DNA of 64,000 bases from Desulfobacterales bacterium (lineage in GTDB: Bacteria; Desulfobacterota; Desulfobacteria; Desulfobacterales; UBA5852), in contig CAXXVS010000002.1 in NCBI GenBank assembly GCA_963674755.2, forward strand, positions 992,001-1,056,000, written 5' to 3'. The position numbers and the translations under genes are program-made. Shown here one piece after another: positions 39,119-49,896 of the stretch (position 1 is the first letter of the stretch; every line of letters begins with the position of its first letter). The notes under the pieces were generated by a model. That model made no database searches. It had not been told where the DNA came from and saw nothing but the letters and a program-made list of their open reading frames with translations.

Positions 39119-41017
39119 GATGGCCCCGTAAAAAGTCGTAATAGTCTATTCACCTGAATTTTTTAGTAAAACGCCCGATTACTTCTTGTGTATTTCTTCT
39201 TGCTATGCTACAGGATAGCTAACAATAACAGAGGCTTATCCTGGAGATCGCATGCTTCGCATCAAAGACCACAAACAGCAACATCTCTTCGACCCGTGGG
39301 CCTATTTGAGCCCCAAACGGCGGCGGATGCTCGAAGACGGCTGGCCCGGGTTGTTCCGCCAGCATCTGCTCGGAGAACTTCCCGTCGATCTGTTAAAATC
39401 CTTCTTCACTGAAGCCATAGGGCGGCCCACCAAGGAACTGCATACCCTGCTGGGAGTGATGCTTTTCCAGCAAACCATGGATTTAAACGATGTCGAGGCC
39501 GTCGAGCAGCTGGCCTACAACCTCCAGTGGCATTACGCCCTGGACATTACCGAAGAAAGCGACGAGGCCAAATACGTCAGCGAAAAGACCCTGTGGTCGA
39601 CCCGCCAGCTGATGGCCGAAAATGGCATTGACGGGGTCATGTTCGAAAAGCTCACCGACAAATTGGCCAAAGTGTTCGGTGTAGATCCTTCCAACCAGCG
39701 CATCGACTCGGTACACATCCGCTCCAACATGCGCCGGCTGGGCCGTATTGCCATTTTCAGCCGCACGATCGCCAAGTTCCTGGTCAATCTCAAACGCCAC
39801 CACCGAGAGCTGTTCGATACGATCGCTTCTGATGTGATTGATCGTTACTGGGGTGAGAAGGCCCTATCCGCCTTTTCTCTGGTTAAACCCACGGAATCGG
39901 AAAAGACGTTAAAACGGGTCAGCAATGATCTGTTCGATCTGATCGAGGGCTTCAAGGACCAAACGGCGGTGGCTTTCATGCACAGCTACAAGCTCATGCA
40001 GCGGGTGCTCGCCGATCAATGCCATGTCGAGACCGATGCCGCCGGTGCCCCCTAAGTAACGATAAAGAAGCCGGCCGAGATCCCCTCCGACTCATTGCAA
40101 AACCCTTCGGACCCGGAGGCCACCTACAGCGGCCACAAGGGCCAGGGCTATCAGGTCCAGATCATGGAGAGCTTCAGCCGCAGTGAAGAGGCCAATGAAA
40201 AAGAGCAGGCGCTTAACCTGATTACCCATGTCGAAGTTCAACCCGCCTGCGAGAGCGATGCGGAGGCCGTGGTGCCGGCCATCGCCGATACCAAGATCCG
40301 GGGTGTGGGGCCCGATCAGTTGGTCGCCGACACTTTGTACGGCAGTGACAATAACCACCAGACGGCCCAAGTGGCCGATGTCGACCTTGTCGCCCCGACC
40401 CAGAAGGGCAATGAGTCCAAGCCGCTCACGGCGTTTAGCTTTAATGACAAGGGCTATGTCGAGACCTGTCCGGCGGGTCACGTTCCCGAGCAGGTGAAGC
40501 ACAAGAAGAAAACCGATCGTTACAGCGCGGCCTTCGATTCCACGCTTTGCCAGGGATGTCCGCATGCGGGTCATTGCCCGGTCAAGCCTGGGAAAAAGAA
40601 AAACTATCTGCGCTACAGCGGAAAGCAATATCGCCTATCGGTGCGTCGCAAGGCCGAGAAAAGCGAGGCTTTCATTGACACCTATCGCTGGCGGGCCGGT
40701 GTGGAGGCCACCATGAGCGAATATGATCGGCGCACCGGGGTCAAAAAGCTACGGGTTCGGGGCATGCCGGCGGTGCGCTTCTGTGCCAAAATGAAGGCCA
40801 CCGGGCTCAATCTGCTACGGGCGGCCCGGGTTCGCAGGGCCAGGATGAAGGCCGCAGAGGGTAATCCGGGCCTTGATCACCGTATTACGACTGCTGTTTA
40901 TCGTGTCAAAGAACGTTTACAGGCCGCTCTGGTGGAATTTGCCTTCGCTTGGACAAATTCGTCGGGAAGATATCCAGAAAGCTACAAATTGGCCGCCTGA
41001 TTTTTTACGCGGCCATC
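39119..41017 (+). mobile_element. IS1182-like insertion sequence (1899 bp)
   Basis: IRL GATGGCCCCGTAAAAAGTC (39119-39137), IRR GATTTTTTACGCGGCCATC (40999-41017); GC-rich against AT-rich flanks; flanks AAATTT/AAAGTT. Confidence 0.9.
39252..41000 (+). pseudogene. DDE transposase interrupted by one in-frame TAA (40053-40055)
   Basis: the 267-aa and 301-aa ORFs are in the same frame; DUF772-like GRPT..QWHYAL, QRIDS, SDPEATY..KG.GY, ADTLYG, YRWRAGVEAT. Confidence 0.88.
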
Positions 41018-41180
41018 AAAGTTCTATGCGCGCATTGAGAAGCGGTGCAACCGGCCGGTCACTAAAGTTTCCGGAGATGGCTGCAAGGTCCCTGGCATTG
41101 CCGAATGCACAACCAAGAGTTTCTCATAATGCGCGCATCATGGGATAATGCGAATAAAATTTGAATGCAGTTTCTATTTA

Positions 41181-42866
41181 TTATTGCACAGTTACGTTAC
41201 GAACCCCCCACCAGTACTTGGTGACGCTGCCTTCATTATAAGTGCTGTCAAAAGTTAATACGTTCTGACTCGAGTCATTCACAAGGTTGTCAGGCAAAAT
41301 GATCATCTTCATATTCCCCCAACTATTGTTGGCTGTCTCAGCCATATAATCAACAGGATTACCATTCACAAAAACGCGAACCTCAACCTCGTTGTCGATA
41401 TCAAAACCCTCGCAGTTAACTTGTACATCCCCTGATATACCCTCAAATGAATATACTACCTTGTCCGCGTGTGTCTCATCACCATCCGGAATTTTGCCCA
41501 ATGGTAAAGCAGATGGGAGTGCAATGATCGTAGATCCTATCGAAACGTTGCGAACCCCCCACCAGTACTTGGTGACGCTGCCCTCATTATATGTGCTGTC
41601 AAAGGTTAATATATTCTGGCTCCAATCATTCACGAGGTTGTCAGGCAAAGTGATCATCTTCATATTGCCCCAACTGTTGTTGGCTGTCTCTGTCATATAG
41701 TCAACAGGGCGACCATTCACAAAAACGCGGACCTCAACCTCATTGTCGATATCAAAACCCTCGTAGCTTACATGTACATCTCCTGATACGCCCGCAAATG
41801 AGTAAGCTACTTTGTCCGCATGGGTTTCATCACCATCCGGAATTTTGCCCAATGGTGAAGTAGATGGGAGTGCAATGATCGTAGATCCTGTCGATACGTT
41901 ACGAACCCCCCACCAGTACTTGGTGACGCTGCCTTCATTATAAGTGCTGTCAAAAGTTAATATGTTCTGACTCGAGTCATTCACAAGGTTGTCAGGTAAG
42001 ATGATCGTCTTCGTGTTCCCCCAACTATTGTTGGCTGTCTCAGCCATATAATCAACAGGACTACCATTCACAAAAACACGAACCTCAACCCCGTTGTCAA
42101 TATCAAAACCTTCGTAGTTAATTTGTACATTCCCTGATATACCCGCAAAGGAATACACTACCTTATCCGCGTGTGTATCATCACCATCTGGAATTTTGCC
42201 TAACGATAAGTTAGATGGTAAAGTGTATATTTCTGTCGATGATGTTAGCGGATTTTGAGCATTAAAAATTGTATTTAATGTATCTGTTGTTCCATCTTGC
42301 AACCTGACTGATGCTGAAATATTGTGGCTACCATTGGAAAGTGAAGTGGTATCAAAAGGCTCACCTACGTCATAAGGCGCATAATTTTCCGTATTGTGGG
42401 TTTGCCCGTCGATGGAAAATACCACCTGCGAGACATAGGCTTCGGGATTCAGATAAATATAAACGTCACCAGAGATGGTCTGACCGCTCAAATCGACAGC
42501 ATCGGATCGATCCGAATTATAGCTGAGCAGCAAGGTGTAGTCTTCGGTCGCGGGTTCCGATGAGGTGGCATTTGCTGTTATTTCAGATGAATAGCCGCTC
42601 TCATTCCCGGATGTATCAAGCGCGGTCAAGGCAAAGTAGTAAGTCTGCCCTTCAACCAGATTGTCCACGGTATAAGATGTGGTGTTGCCGGTAGGCATTG
42701 GAGGGCCATAACTCCTGGATGCTGTTCCATAATAAAGGTTGTAACCGGCAATGTCCGGCTCCGAATTGGCTTGCCACCGCAATGTGACTGATGCTGCCCA
42801 GGAAACGACCGGCAAACATAAAAAGATAAATACTAAGAGATAGCTTATTGAAAGGCGTATCTTCAT
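41181..42866 (-). CDS. secreted fibronectin type III protein with Ig-like linker and three tandem beta-sandwich repeats
   Basis: signal peptide MKIRLS..VSWA; VTLRW..DIAGYNLYYG..YYFALTA.DTSGNESGYS FnIII motif; three 117-aa repeats. Confidence 0.88.
   Translation of the reverse strand: MKIRLSISYLLVFIFLCLPVVSWAASVTLRWQANSEPDIAGYNLYYGTASRSYGPPMPTGNTTSYTVDNLVEGQTYYFALTALDTSGNESGYSSEITANATSSEPATEDYTLLLSYNSDRSDAVDLSGQTISGDVYIYLNPEAYVSQVVFSIDGQTHNTENYAPYDVGEPFDTTSLSNGSHNISASVRLQDGTTDTLNTIFNAQNPLTSSTEIYTLPSNLSLGKIPDGDDTHADKVVYSFAGISGNVQINYEGFDIDNGVEVRVFVNGSPVDYMAETANNSWGNTKTIILPDNLVNDSSQNILTFDSTYNEGSVTKYWWGVRNVSTGSTIIALPSTSPLGKIPDGDETHADKVAYSFAGVSGDVHVSYEGFDIDNEVEVRVFVNGRPVDYMTETANNSWGNMKMITLPDNLVNDWSQNILTFDSTYNEGSVTKYWWGVRNVSIGSTIIALPSALPLGKIPDGDETHADKVVYSFEGISGDVQVNCEGFDIDNEVEVRVFVNGNPVDYMAETANNSWGNMKMIILPDNLVNDSSQNVLTFDSTYNEGSVTKYWWGVRNVTVQ
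41190..42225 (-). repeat. three tandem 351-bp coding repeats
   Basis: CGAACCCCCCACCAGTACTTGGTGACGCTG recurs at 41200, 41551 and 41902. Confidence 0.95.
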
Positions 42867-42932
42867 GATTGTCTTCCTATCTGGCTTTTGAGTCCGCATA
42901 GTACCTTAAATAAAGAGATTTACGGAATCATT

Positions 42933-42948
42933 TGCAGATATTGTGCCA
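42933..42948 (-). promoter_or_regulatory. sigma-54 (-24/-12) promoter candidate for the FnIII gene
   Basis: TGGCAC-AATAT-CTGCA on the - strand vs consensus TGGCAC-N5-TTGCW. Confidence 0.65.
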
Positions 42949-43227
42949 TGAAAACTCATGGAAAAACACTTTGAATTAATTCAGAAATGTCATATCGATA
43001 AGGGAATTTGGCTATACGAAGTGTATGATTAATAGTACGCTGTCAAAAATGTGTATAGTTGATGGAACAGATCATCCGAAATCAGCAACCCTGGCAATGG
43101 CCGTCATCGTGAGGCGCGATAACGATTTTTGATCATTTATCTGGAGGCATTTCCCCTTTTCCAGGATCTGTTTCAATAACATCTCGCCGGCAGAATTTTT
43201 TATCGCCTCTTCAAGCATTCTATCCAT

Positions 43228-44109
43228 CTATGGTGCCATGCTCTTGATCTCAAGCAAGTCAACGAGATACTGGCCGTAGCCATTTTTCATCATGGGTTCA
43301 GCCAATTTGACGAGATCTTGATCCGATATGAACCTTCGTTTATAGGCGATTTCTTCGATACAGGCGATTTTCAATCCCTGCCGGTTCTCAATGGTTTCGA
43401 TGAAGGTGGAGGCCTGCATCAGACTCTCAAACGTGCCCGTGTCCAGCCAGGCGGTGCCGCGGCCCAATTTTTCCAGATAAAGTCTGTCCCTGTCGAGATA
43501 GGCACGGTTAACATCGGTGATTTCTAGTTCACCGCGCGTGGAGGGCTTCAGGCCCGCAGCAATGTCCAACACTTCGTTGTCGTAAAAATAGAGGCCTGTG
43601 ACGACCCAGTTGGACGCCGGTTTGGCTGGCTTTTCCTCGATCGAAATCACGCGATCGTTCTCATCGAAGGAAACCACCCCGTAGCGCTCGGGATCCTTGA
43701 CCCAGTATCCGAAAATACGGGCCCCTTCCTCCAGTTGGGACGATCGCTCGAGTTGTTCGGTCAATCCATGTCCGTAAAAGATGTTGTCACCCAAGACCAG
43801 GCAGACGGAATCCCTACCCACAAATTGTTTTCCGATGATGAAGGCCTGTGCCAATCCCTCCGGTTTAGGTTGGACGGCATATTGGAATGACAGCCCGAGC
43901 TGGCTGCCGTCGCCCAACAGCGCTTCAAACTTCGGCAAATCGTCCGGCGTCGAAATAATCAGGATGTCCCGTATGCCAGCCAGCATGAGAACGGACAAGG
44001 GATAATAGATCATGGGTTTGTCATACACCGGCAGTAGCTGCTTACTCACGGCCCGCGTAATGGGATAGAGACGCGTACCGGAACCGCCGGCCAGGATAAT
44101 GCCTTTCAT
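43228..44109 (-). CDS. rfbA: glucose-1-phosphate thymidylyltransferase
   Basis: [48 protein letters not shown]. Confidence 0.97.
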   Translation of the reverse strand: MKGIILAGGSGTRLYPITRAVSKQLLPVYDKPMIYYPLSVLMLAGIRDILIISTPDDLPKFEALLGDGSQLGLSFQYAVQPKPEGLAQAFIIGKQFVGRDSVCLVLGDNIFYGHGLTEQLERSSQLEEGARIFGYWVKDPERYGVVSFDENDRVISIEEKPAKPASNWVVTGLYFYDNEVLDIAAGLKPSTRGELEITDVNRAYLDRDRLYLEKLGRGTAWLDTGTFESLMQASTFIETIENRQGLKIACIEEIAYKRRFISDQDLVKLAEPMMKNGYGQYLVDLLEIKSMAP

Positions 44110-44137
44110 CGATCTCCCTTCAGAATGAATTGATGTG

Positions 44138-45217
44138 TTATCGCTTACTGTAGTTTTTCTCAATCCACTGCCGGTACTCACCGCTACGCACGTCATTTAT
44201 CCAATCGGGATGATCAAGATACCAATTAACCGTTTCTTTCAACGCGTCTTCAAATTGATAGTGGGGCTGCCAACCTAGTTCCTGTCTTAATTTCCCGGCA
44301 TCGATCGCGTAGCGTCGATCATGTCCCGGCCGATCCTTGACAAAGGTGATTAAATTCTGACTGACGTCATCACCGCAGCGTTCAAGCCGTTTATCCACAA
44401 TATCGCACAATAGGCGAACGACATCGATGTTGCGACGCTCGGAATTTCCGCCGATATTGTAGGTCTCCCCCAACCGGCCCTTTTCAAATACGTGCAGCAG
44501 CGCCGAACAGTGGTCGATGACGTAGAGCCAGTCCCGCACGTTGTGGCCGTCACCATAGACCGGCAGCGGTTTCTGCTCCACGATATTCAGGATCATCAGG
44601 GGAATCAGTTTTTCCGGAAATTGATATGGTCCGTAATTATTGGAGCAGTTGGTAACAAGTACCGGCAGCCCGAAGGTGCGATGATAGGCCTTGGCCAAAT
44701 GGTCCGATCCGGCCTTGGAGGCGGAATAAGGGCTGGAAGGATCGTAGGCGGTTTCTTCAGAAAAATAGCCTTCCTCACCCAGGCTGCCGTAGACTTCATC
44801 GGTGGAAACATGCAGAAACCGGAAATCGTTCGGCCGCCCTCCCCTCTCCCACATGTTTAAACTGGCTTCGAGCAACCGAAAAGTTCCCAGAACATTGGTT
44901 TCGATAAACGCTTCCGGGCTGGTGATAGAACGATCGACATGAGATTCGGCCGCGAAGTGGAAAATTCCGTCAAACCGGTAACGGGTAAAAAGCGTTTCCA
45001 GAAGTTGGCTGTCACAAATATTGCCGTGGACGAAGGTATAACGTTCTCCCCAATCCGCAGGAAGGGATTTAAAATTTTTATTATTGCCGGCATAGGTCAG
45101 CCAATCGAGATTGACGACATGCCAGTCCGGTCGGGTTTCTAAAACGTGGCGGATAAAATTGGTGCCGATGAAGCCCGCTCCGCCGGTAACCAACACGGTA
45201 CGGTCAATTGTTGTCAT
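44138..45217 (-). CDS. rfbB: dTDP-glucose 4,6-dehydratase
   Basis: [43 protein letters not shown]. Confidence 0.97.
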   Translation of the reverse strand: MTTIDRTVLVTGGAGFIGTNFIRHVLETRPDWHVVNLDWLTYAGNNKNFKSLPADWGERYTFVHGNICDSQLLETLFTRYRFDGIFHFAAESHVDRSITSPEAFIETNVLGTFRLLEASLNMWERGGRPNDFRFLHVSTDEVYGSLGEEGYFSEETAYDPSSPYSASKAGSDHLAKAYHRTFGLPVLVTNCSNNYGPYQFPEKLIPLMILNIVEQKPLPVYGDGHNVRDWLYVIDHCSALLHVFEKGRLGETYNIGGNSERRNIDVVRLLCDIVDKRLERCGDDVSQNLITFVKDRPGHDRRYAIDAGKLRQELGWQPHYQFEDALKETVNWYLDHPDWINDVRSGEYRQWIEKNYSKR

Positions 45218-45233
45218 TTCGTTCTTTGAAGCC

Positions 45234-46394
45234 CTATTGATTGAGAATTGCAGCTATTTTTTCCTGGTCACTCGCCCTAAGATACGGATGCATGGGCAGA
45301 CTGAAGATGCGGCTAGCGCAGTCTTCACTGACCGGGAAATCGCCTTCACGATACCCCAATTGTAGGAACACCTCTTGGAGGTGTAAGGCTTTGGGGTAAT
45401 AAACCGCCGTCGGAATATTTTCCTGCGCCAGTCGATTTTGAAGGGTTGCCCGGTGCGCTTCGTTTAGCGCTAAAACGGAATACTGGGCCCAAGCGCTGCG
45501 TACACCTTGCGGCACCTTAGGCAACTGCAAACCGGCACTCGCCCCAATTAATTCGTCATAGCGCTTGGCAACCGCATCTCGCAAAACGAGTTCCCCGGGG
45601 AAGATGTCCAATTTGGTCAGCAGTACTGCCGCTTGAATCGTATCGAGTCTGCCGTTGATGCCCACACGCACATTGTCGTATTGATGATTCCCCATACCGT
45701 GGATGCGAAGCGAACGCAGCAGTCCGGCCAGGTGGTCGTCCTTCGTAAAACACATGCCACCATCCCCATAGCAGCCCAAAGGCTTGGCCGGATAGAAAGA
45801 GGTGCAGGCGATATCTGCTAGGGCGCAGGCCTTTTGCCCGTTAAGTTCAGCGCCGAAGGACTGCGCTGCGTCCTCGATGAGCACCAGTTCATGCGTTTTC
45901 GCAATGGTACTGATGGCCGGGTAATCGGCCGGCAGGCCAAAAAGATCCACGGTAATGACAGCTTTTGGCACCAGCACTTCATCCTTGTCTAAGGATCGGT
46001 AGACCGGATGGGTTCGTTCGTCATTCGCCACATCACGGACCGCTGCCTCCAGCAATGTAGGGTCGATATTGAAACTCAGCGGGTCGATATCCACAAACAC
46101 CGGGGTGGCGCCTAACAGGCTGATGACTTCGGCCGTGGCGAAAAACGAAAAGGGTGTAGTGAAAACCGCATCGCCGGGCCCGATCTCATAGGCCATGAGT
46201 GCCATCAGGAGAGCATCGGTTCCGGAAGCGCAAGCCAGTGCATGGGAAACGCCGACATAATCGACCAGGCGTTTTTCCAATTCCTCGATTTCCGGGCCCA
46301 AAACATAGTGGCCGTGATCCAGCACCGTCAGGATGCGCTTTTCGAGGTCCTTGCGTATCCGCTGCTGTTGCGCTTCCAGGTCGACAAATTTCAT
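45234..46394 (-). CDS. DegT/DnrJ/EryC1/StrS sugar aminotransferase (WbpE-like)
   Basis: SGTDAL, EDAAQSFGA, SFYPAKPLGCYGDGG, RLDTIQAA, SLPMHPY. Confidence 0.93.
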   Translation of the reverse strand: MKFVDLEAQQQRIRKDLEKRILTVLDHGHYVLGPEIEELEKRLVDYVGVSHALACASGTDALLMALMAYEIGPGDAVFTTPFSFFATAEVISLLGATPVFVDIDPLSFNIDPTLLEAAVRDVANDERTHPVYRSLDKDEVLVPKAVITVDLFGLPADYPAISTIAKTHELVLIEDAAQSFGAELNGQKACALADIACTSFYPAKPLGCYGDGGMCFTKDDHLAGLLRSLRIHGMGNHQYDNVRVGINGRLDTIQAAVLLTKLDIFPGELVLRDAVAKRYDELIGASAGLQLPKVPQGVRSAWAQYSVLALNEAHRATLQNRLAQENIPTAVYYPKALHLQEVFLQLGYREGDFPVSEDCASRIFSLPMHPYLRASDQEKIAAILNQ

Positions 46395-47299
46395 GGCGCA
46401 TCCTTCATTCCTAAACTCATCAACTCATCCATGGTGTCATGCAGTGCGGCCTGCCAACTGCGGATCTTCATCTGAAAAATCGATTGGATGAGATCGCAAT
46501 TCAAAACAGAATAGGCAGGCCGACGGGCGGGCGTGGGATAAGCTGAAGTCGGTATGGGAAGCAGTTGCTCCACCTGCAATGCATAACTGGGATAGGTCCG
46601 CGCGCGTTCAAACACGGCTTCGGCCAAACCGTACCATGTGGTTTCACCCTTATTGCAGAAATGATAGGTTCCCCAATAAGATCGGCCCTTGCGACGGACG
46701 GCTGCGATAATTTGCCAGACGGCAGCAGCCAGATCGGTCGCGCTGGTGGGGCAACCATACTGGTCATCCACGACTTTCAGAACGGGTTTCTCCCTCCCCA
46801 TCCGGAGCATGGTTTTGACGAAATTGTCGCCGGTAGCACTGTACAACCATGCGGTGCGGATAATGATGTGCTGTGTCAACAGCCTACGGACATTTGCTTC
46901 GCCCTGGGCTTTGCTGGCACCATATACCCCCAGCGGCGCAATCGTATCGCCTTCGCGATAGGGTATGCGCTGAGTGCCGTCGAACACATAGTCCGTGGAT
47001 ATATGAATCAAGGGGATGTTTTCCCGTGCGCAAAATGCCGCCAGATTGGCGGGGCCCCGGGCATTGACCGCCTGGGCACATCCCGGTTCCCTTTCCGCCT
47101 GATCTACGGCGGTATAGGCCGCCGCATTTACGACCACGTCCAAGGCCTTGTCTTTCAAACCCTTTTTAACCGAATTTTCCTCGGCGATGTCGCATTCCGA
47201 GCGGTCGAAGACTTCGACAGTCACATCGCCGACGGGCGATAAGCGAAGCAACGCGTTGCCGAGTTGGCCATTCTTACCGATAATGCCGACCGTAAACAT
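46391..47299 (-). CDS. rfbD: dTDP-4-dehydrorhamnose reductase
   Basis: GKNGQLG, NAAAYTAVDQAE, STDYVFDG, YGASK, RRPAYS. Confidence 0.96.
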   Translation of the reverse strand: MFTVGIIGKNGQLGNALLRLSPVGDVTVEVFDRSECDIAEENSVKKGLKDKALDVVVNAAAYTAVDQAEREPGCAQAVNARGPANLAAFCARENIPLIHISTDYVFDGTQRIPYREGDTIAPLGVYGASKAQGEANVRRLLTQHIIIRTAWLYSATGDNFVKTMLRMGREKPVLKVVDDQYGCPTSATDLAAAVWQIIAAVRRKGRSYWGTYHFCNKGETTWYGLAEAVFERARTYPSYALQVEQLLPIPTSAYPTPARRPAYSVLNCDLIQSIFQMKIRSWQAALHDTMDELMSLGMKDAP

Positions 47300-47866
47300 T
47301 CAGCGCCCTTTGAAATCCGGAAGATATTCGTCAGAGACATCCGTCAATAGGGGCAGGGCCGCATCCTTGTCAGACAGCAAAGGCGCTTCGATGGGCCATT
47401 GGATGTCGATCGTAGGATCAGCAAAATGAATGCCGCGCTCGCATTCCGGCCTGTAATAATCCGAGCATTTGTAGAAAAACAGGGCTTTGGCACTAAGCAC
47501 TGCGAACCCATGAGCAAATCCCTCCGGGATATACAATTGTCGATGATTGCGGTCGGAAAGCGTGACGCCGAGCCATTGTTTGAAGGTGGGCGATCCTTTG
47601 CGCAAATCGACCGCCACGTCAAACACTTCTCCCTGGAGAGCCTGTACGAGTTTGGCCTGTCCCGAGGGATGCTGGTAATGCATGCCGCGGATCACCCCCT
47701 GCTGGGATGATGAGAGATTATCCTGGACAAACCGGTCATTGATGGGACCATGAGAATTCGGGCTTGCATTGTAAACCTCCATGAAGAGCCCCCTTGGATC
47801 TACAAACACCATCGGTTCGATGATCAGAAGTCCGGGAAGCTCAGTTTCAACAATTTTGCATGGCAT
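47300..47866 (-). CDS. rfbC: dTDP-4-dehydrorhamnose 3,5-epimerase
   Basis: DPRG.F.E, FVQDN.S.S, RGMHYQ, DVAVDLRKGSPTF, GFAHGF. Confidence 0.96.
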   Translation of the reverse strand: MPCKIVETELPGLLIIEPMVFVDPRGLFMEVYNASPNSHGPINDRFVQDNLSSSQQGVIRGMHYQHPSGQAKLVQALQGEVFDVAVDLRKGSPTFKQWLGVTLSDRNHRQLYIPEGFAHGFAVLSAKALFFYKCSDYYRPECERGIHFADPTIDIQWPIEAPLLSDKDAALPLLTDVSDEYLPDFKGR

Positions 47867-47902
47867 CGGCAAATTCGCTTTCCAAATTGGAGCATAGCCT
47901 CA

Positions 47903-48484
47903 TTATAGAGATAGAATCGACGCTTCGGGAATCGATAATTGTTTTAAGAAGGTGGTTGCTTCCTGGGGCGTATGATCTGTCGAGGTGATGATGACTTTTT
48001 CGATTTCATAATCTTTCAACGCTTCCGGGACGATGACTGCCGTGCCGATCAACTCTTCACCGGACCGTAGAGGATCAGCTATGGCAACCAGCTTCAAGGC
48101 GGTTTCCTGAATGGAAAGGCAACCGATTTCCGCCATGTCACCTGCACCGAAAAACGCTATTTTTTTAATCCCTTGGGATTCAAGTTTTTTAAGAAGTTCA
48201 CGAAATTTTTGCCTGGCATCCTTGTAGAAATGAAGGGACAACTGGATATAGGTATAGGTCAAACGCGATTTTTCGGCTGCGCCCTTAGGCGTCAAAATAT
48301 AACGGATGCGATTGCGCGGCAGGTGGGTAATCTTGAAATACCCTTTTTTTGCCATCCGACGCACGAACGAGTTCACCAGCCCTAATGAGACATTTAGGGA
48401 CTGGGCCATGTCGCGCTGGCTGGGTGCGTCCTGACAGTCAATGGCTTCCAGGATTTTTAGGGTGCGGATATCGTGTGGATTCAT
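47903..48484 (-). CDS. MarR-type winged-helix regulator (EPS-associated) with Rossmann-like C-terminus
   Basis: SQRDMAQSLNVSLGLVN, RYILTPKG.AEK; C-term IAFFGAG; first gene of the glycan operon. Confidence 0.88.
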   Translation of the reverse strand: MNPHDIRTLKILEAIDCQDAPSQRDMAQSLNVSLGLVNSFVRRMAKKGYFKITHLPRNRIRYILTPKGAAEKSRLTYTYIQLSLHFYKDARQKFRELLKKLESQGIKKIAFFGAGDMAEIGCLSIQETALKLVAIADPLRSGEELIGTAVIVPEALKDYEIEKVIITSTDHTPQEATTFLKQLSIPEASILSL

Positions 48485-48602
48485 AAAGCCGGTTCAAAGC
48501 AAGGCTAAAATTAGGTGGGATATAGCTCCGCCGGGTGGATTACCATTTTCCGGTAGAAAAATGGCCCGTCAAGGATATGATAGAGTGTGAATAAGACCAT
48601 CA

Positions 48603-48619
48603 CGTTCAGTAATTGAACG
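48603..48619. promoter_or_regulatory. palindromic operator candidate CGTTCA-N5-TGAACG
   Basis: perfect 6-bp arms just downstream (on -) of a TTGACA hexamer at 48649-48654, upstream of the MarR gene. Confidence 0.55.
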
Positions 48620-48737
48620 CACGCTTTTTGCTCACAGAACAATAAGAATGTCAACTTATTTTGATCGATGGGGCCGGTTTTTTCAAGAGGGTTTTGGCAG
48701 GTATGTGAGGCCGGATAATAAGAGCACCTTATAACGT

Positions 48738-48778
48738 TGAGCCTGCAGCCATGCGGCATAACCACGGCTGCAGGCTCA
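48738..48778 (-). terminator. strong hairpin after the comEA-like gene
   Basis: TGAGCCTGCAGCC..GGCTGCAGGCTCA 13-bp perfect stem. Confidence 0.65.
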
Positions 48779-48790
48779 GGTAAAGGCAGC

Positions 48791-49069
48791 TTATTTCTGA
48801 CTTACGGTGAGACGGTCCCTGTTTAGTTCCAGAATCTTGTCCCCTATTCCCTTGACGTTTTTGAGATCATCGACCGTCTTAAAGGGCCCGTTGGCGTCGC
48901 GATAGGCCACGATGCGCTCCGCGGTCTTGGGCCCTACCTTCTGGAGTTGGGTCAATTCATCGACCGTTGCCGTATTGATGTTGATTTTGCCATCAGTGGC
49001 CATCGCGAAAGGGATGAAAGACGTGCTCGCAAAACAGATCAACAATAGGACAATCCATAACCTCTTCAT
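48791..49069 (-). CDS. comEA: ComEA-family helix-hairpin-helix DNA-binding protein
   Basis: signal peptide, KININTA..EL..L..VGPKTAERIVAYR..NGPF..V.GIG. Confidence 0.9.
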   Translation of the reverse strand: MKRLWIVLLLICFASTSFIPFAMATDGKININTATVDELTQLQKVGPKTAERIVAYRDANGPFKTVDDLKNVKGIGDKILELNRDRLTVSQK

Positions 49070-49597
49070 GCGTTTTCCTCCATCTTCAAAGTTGAAAATC
49101 GGTCATGGCCACAGGTATGTCGGTCGAACGAGGCCACGACGCTCCGGATCTGTTTAAGTTACCTACCAAGATGTGTGCCAAAGAATTCGAATGTTTCAAT
49201 TCGAATTCTTTACGAACACCGGAGGTGCACTTCGACAATTATATCTTATTAATATATTTGTATTATTACCGTTTTTACATCATATCGAGGGTCACTTTTT
49301 TCCGTTTGTCTCATACCGCTTCCTTACCCAACCACGCCGTTTTAATAATCGTTGCGCCCCGTTCGCAGTGCAGCCATGCCCGCCGGCATGTGCATTCGAT
49401 CCCTGTGTTGACATCCGGATGAAGATCTGGATACTTGATTGTCGATTTTTTAACAGGACGCTTAAATCTGGAAGGCGTGGGATGACCGGCGTTTATCCTA
49501 TTGGAAGATGCGTAAATACCACGTTAATCCGCCTGATTCCGCATAACAGAATGGGGATGGCGCCGTCGGGACGGCCGGTGTTCAAGGAGAAATGACA

Positions 49598-49831
49598 ATG
49601 GGAGATACGACGAATACGGTGCGCGTCAATGTAACCGTCACTATCGCGGGAGAGACGCTTCAAACGATTGTTCAGACCGCCAAAGATATCGTGGGACGAA
49701 ATGAAAAGGGCCATTACCGGATCGATACGGCCGATCTGCTGGAGGATTTACTCTCCAGGTTCATCGCGGAAAGCGATTTCGCCGCCTTCACCGCTGATCC
49801 TGAAAACTACGGATTCCTTGATCCGCATTAG
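49598..49831 (+). CDS. small conserved hypothetical protein
   Basis: AAGGAG RBS; GRNEKGHYRIDTAD..DPENY; function unknown. Confidence 0.65.
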   Translation: MGDTTNTVRVNVTVTIAGETLQTIVQTAKDIVGRNEKGHYRIDTADLLEDLLSRFIAESDFAAFTADPENYGFLDPH

Positions 49832-49896
49832 GTGCAGCGCCTGAAAAAAACTTGCCGATTCAATCGGTAGGGAGGATTTCTGCGGATGGCGTTGTT

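Noticed and set aside
41190..42225. CRISPR array
   Set aside because: The repeats are 351-bp in-frame coding units with no unique spacers, and no cas genes are present.
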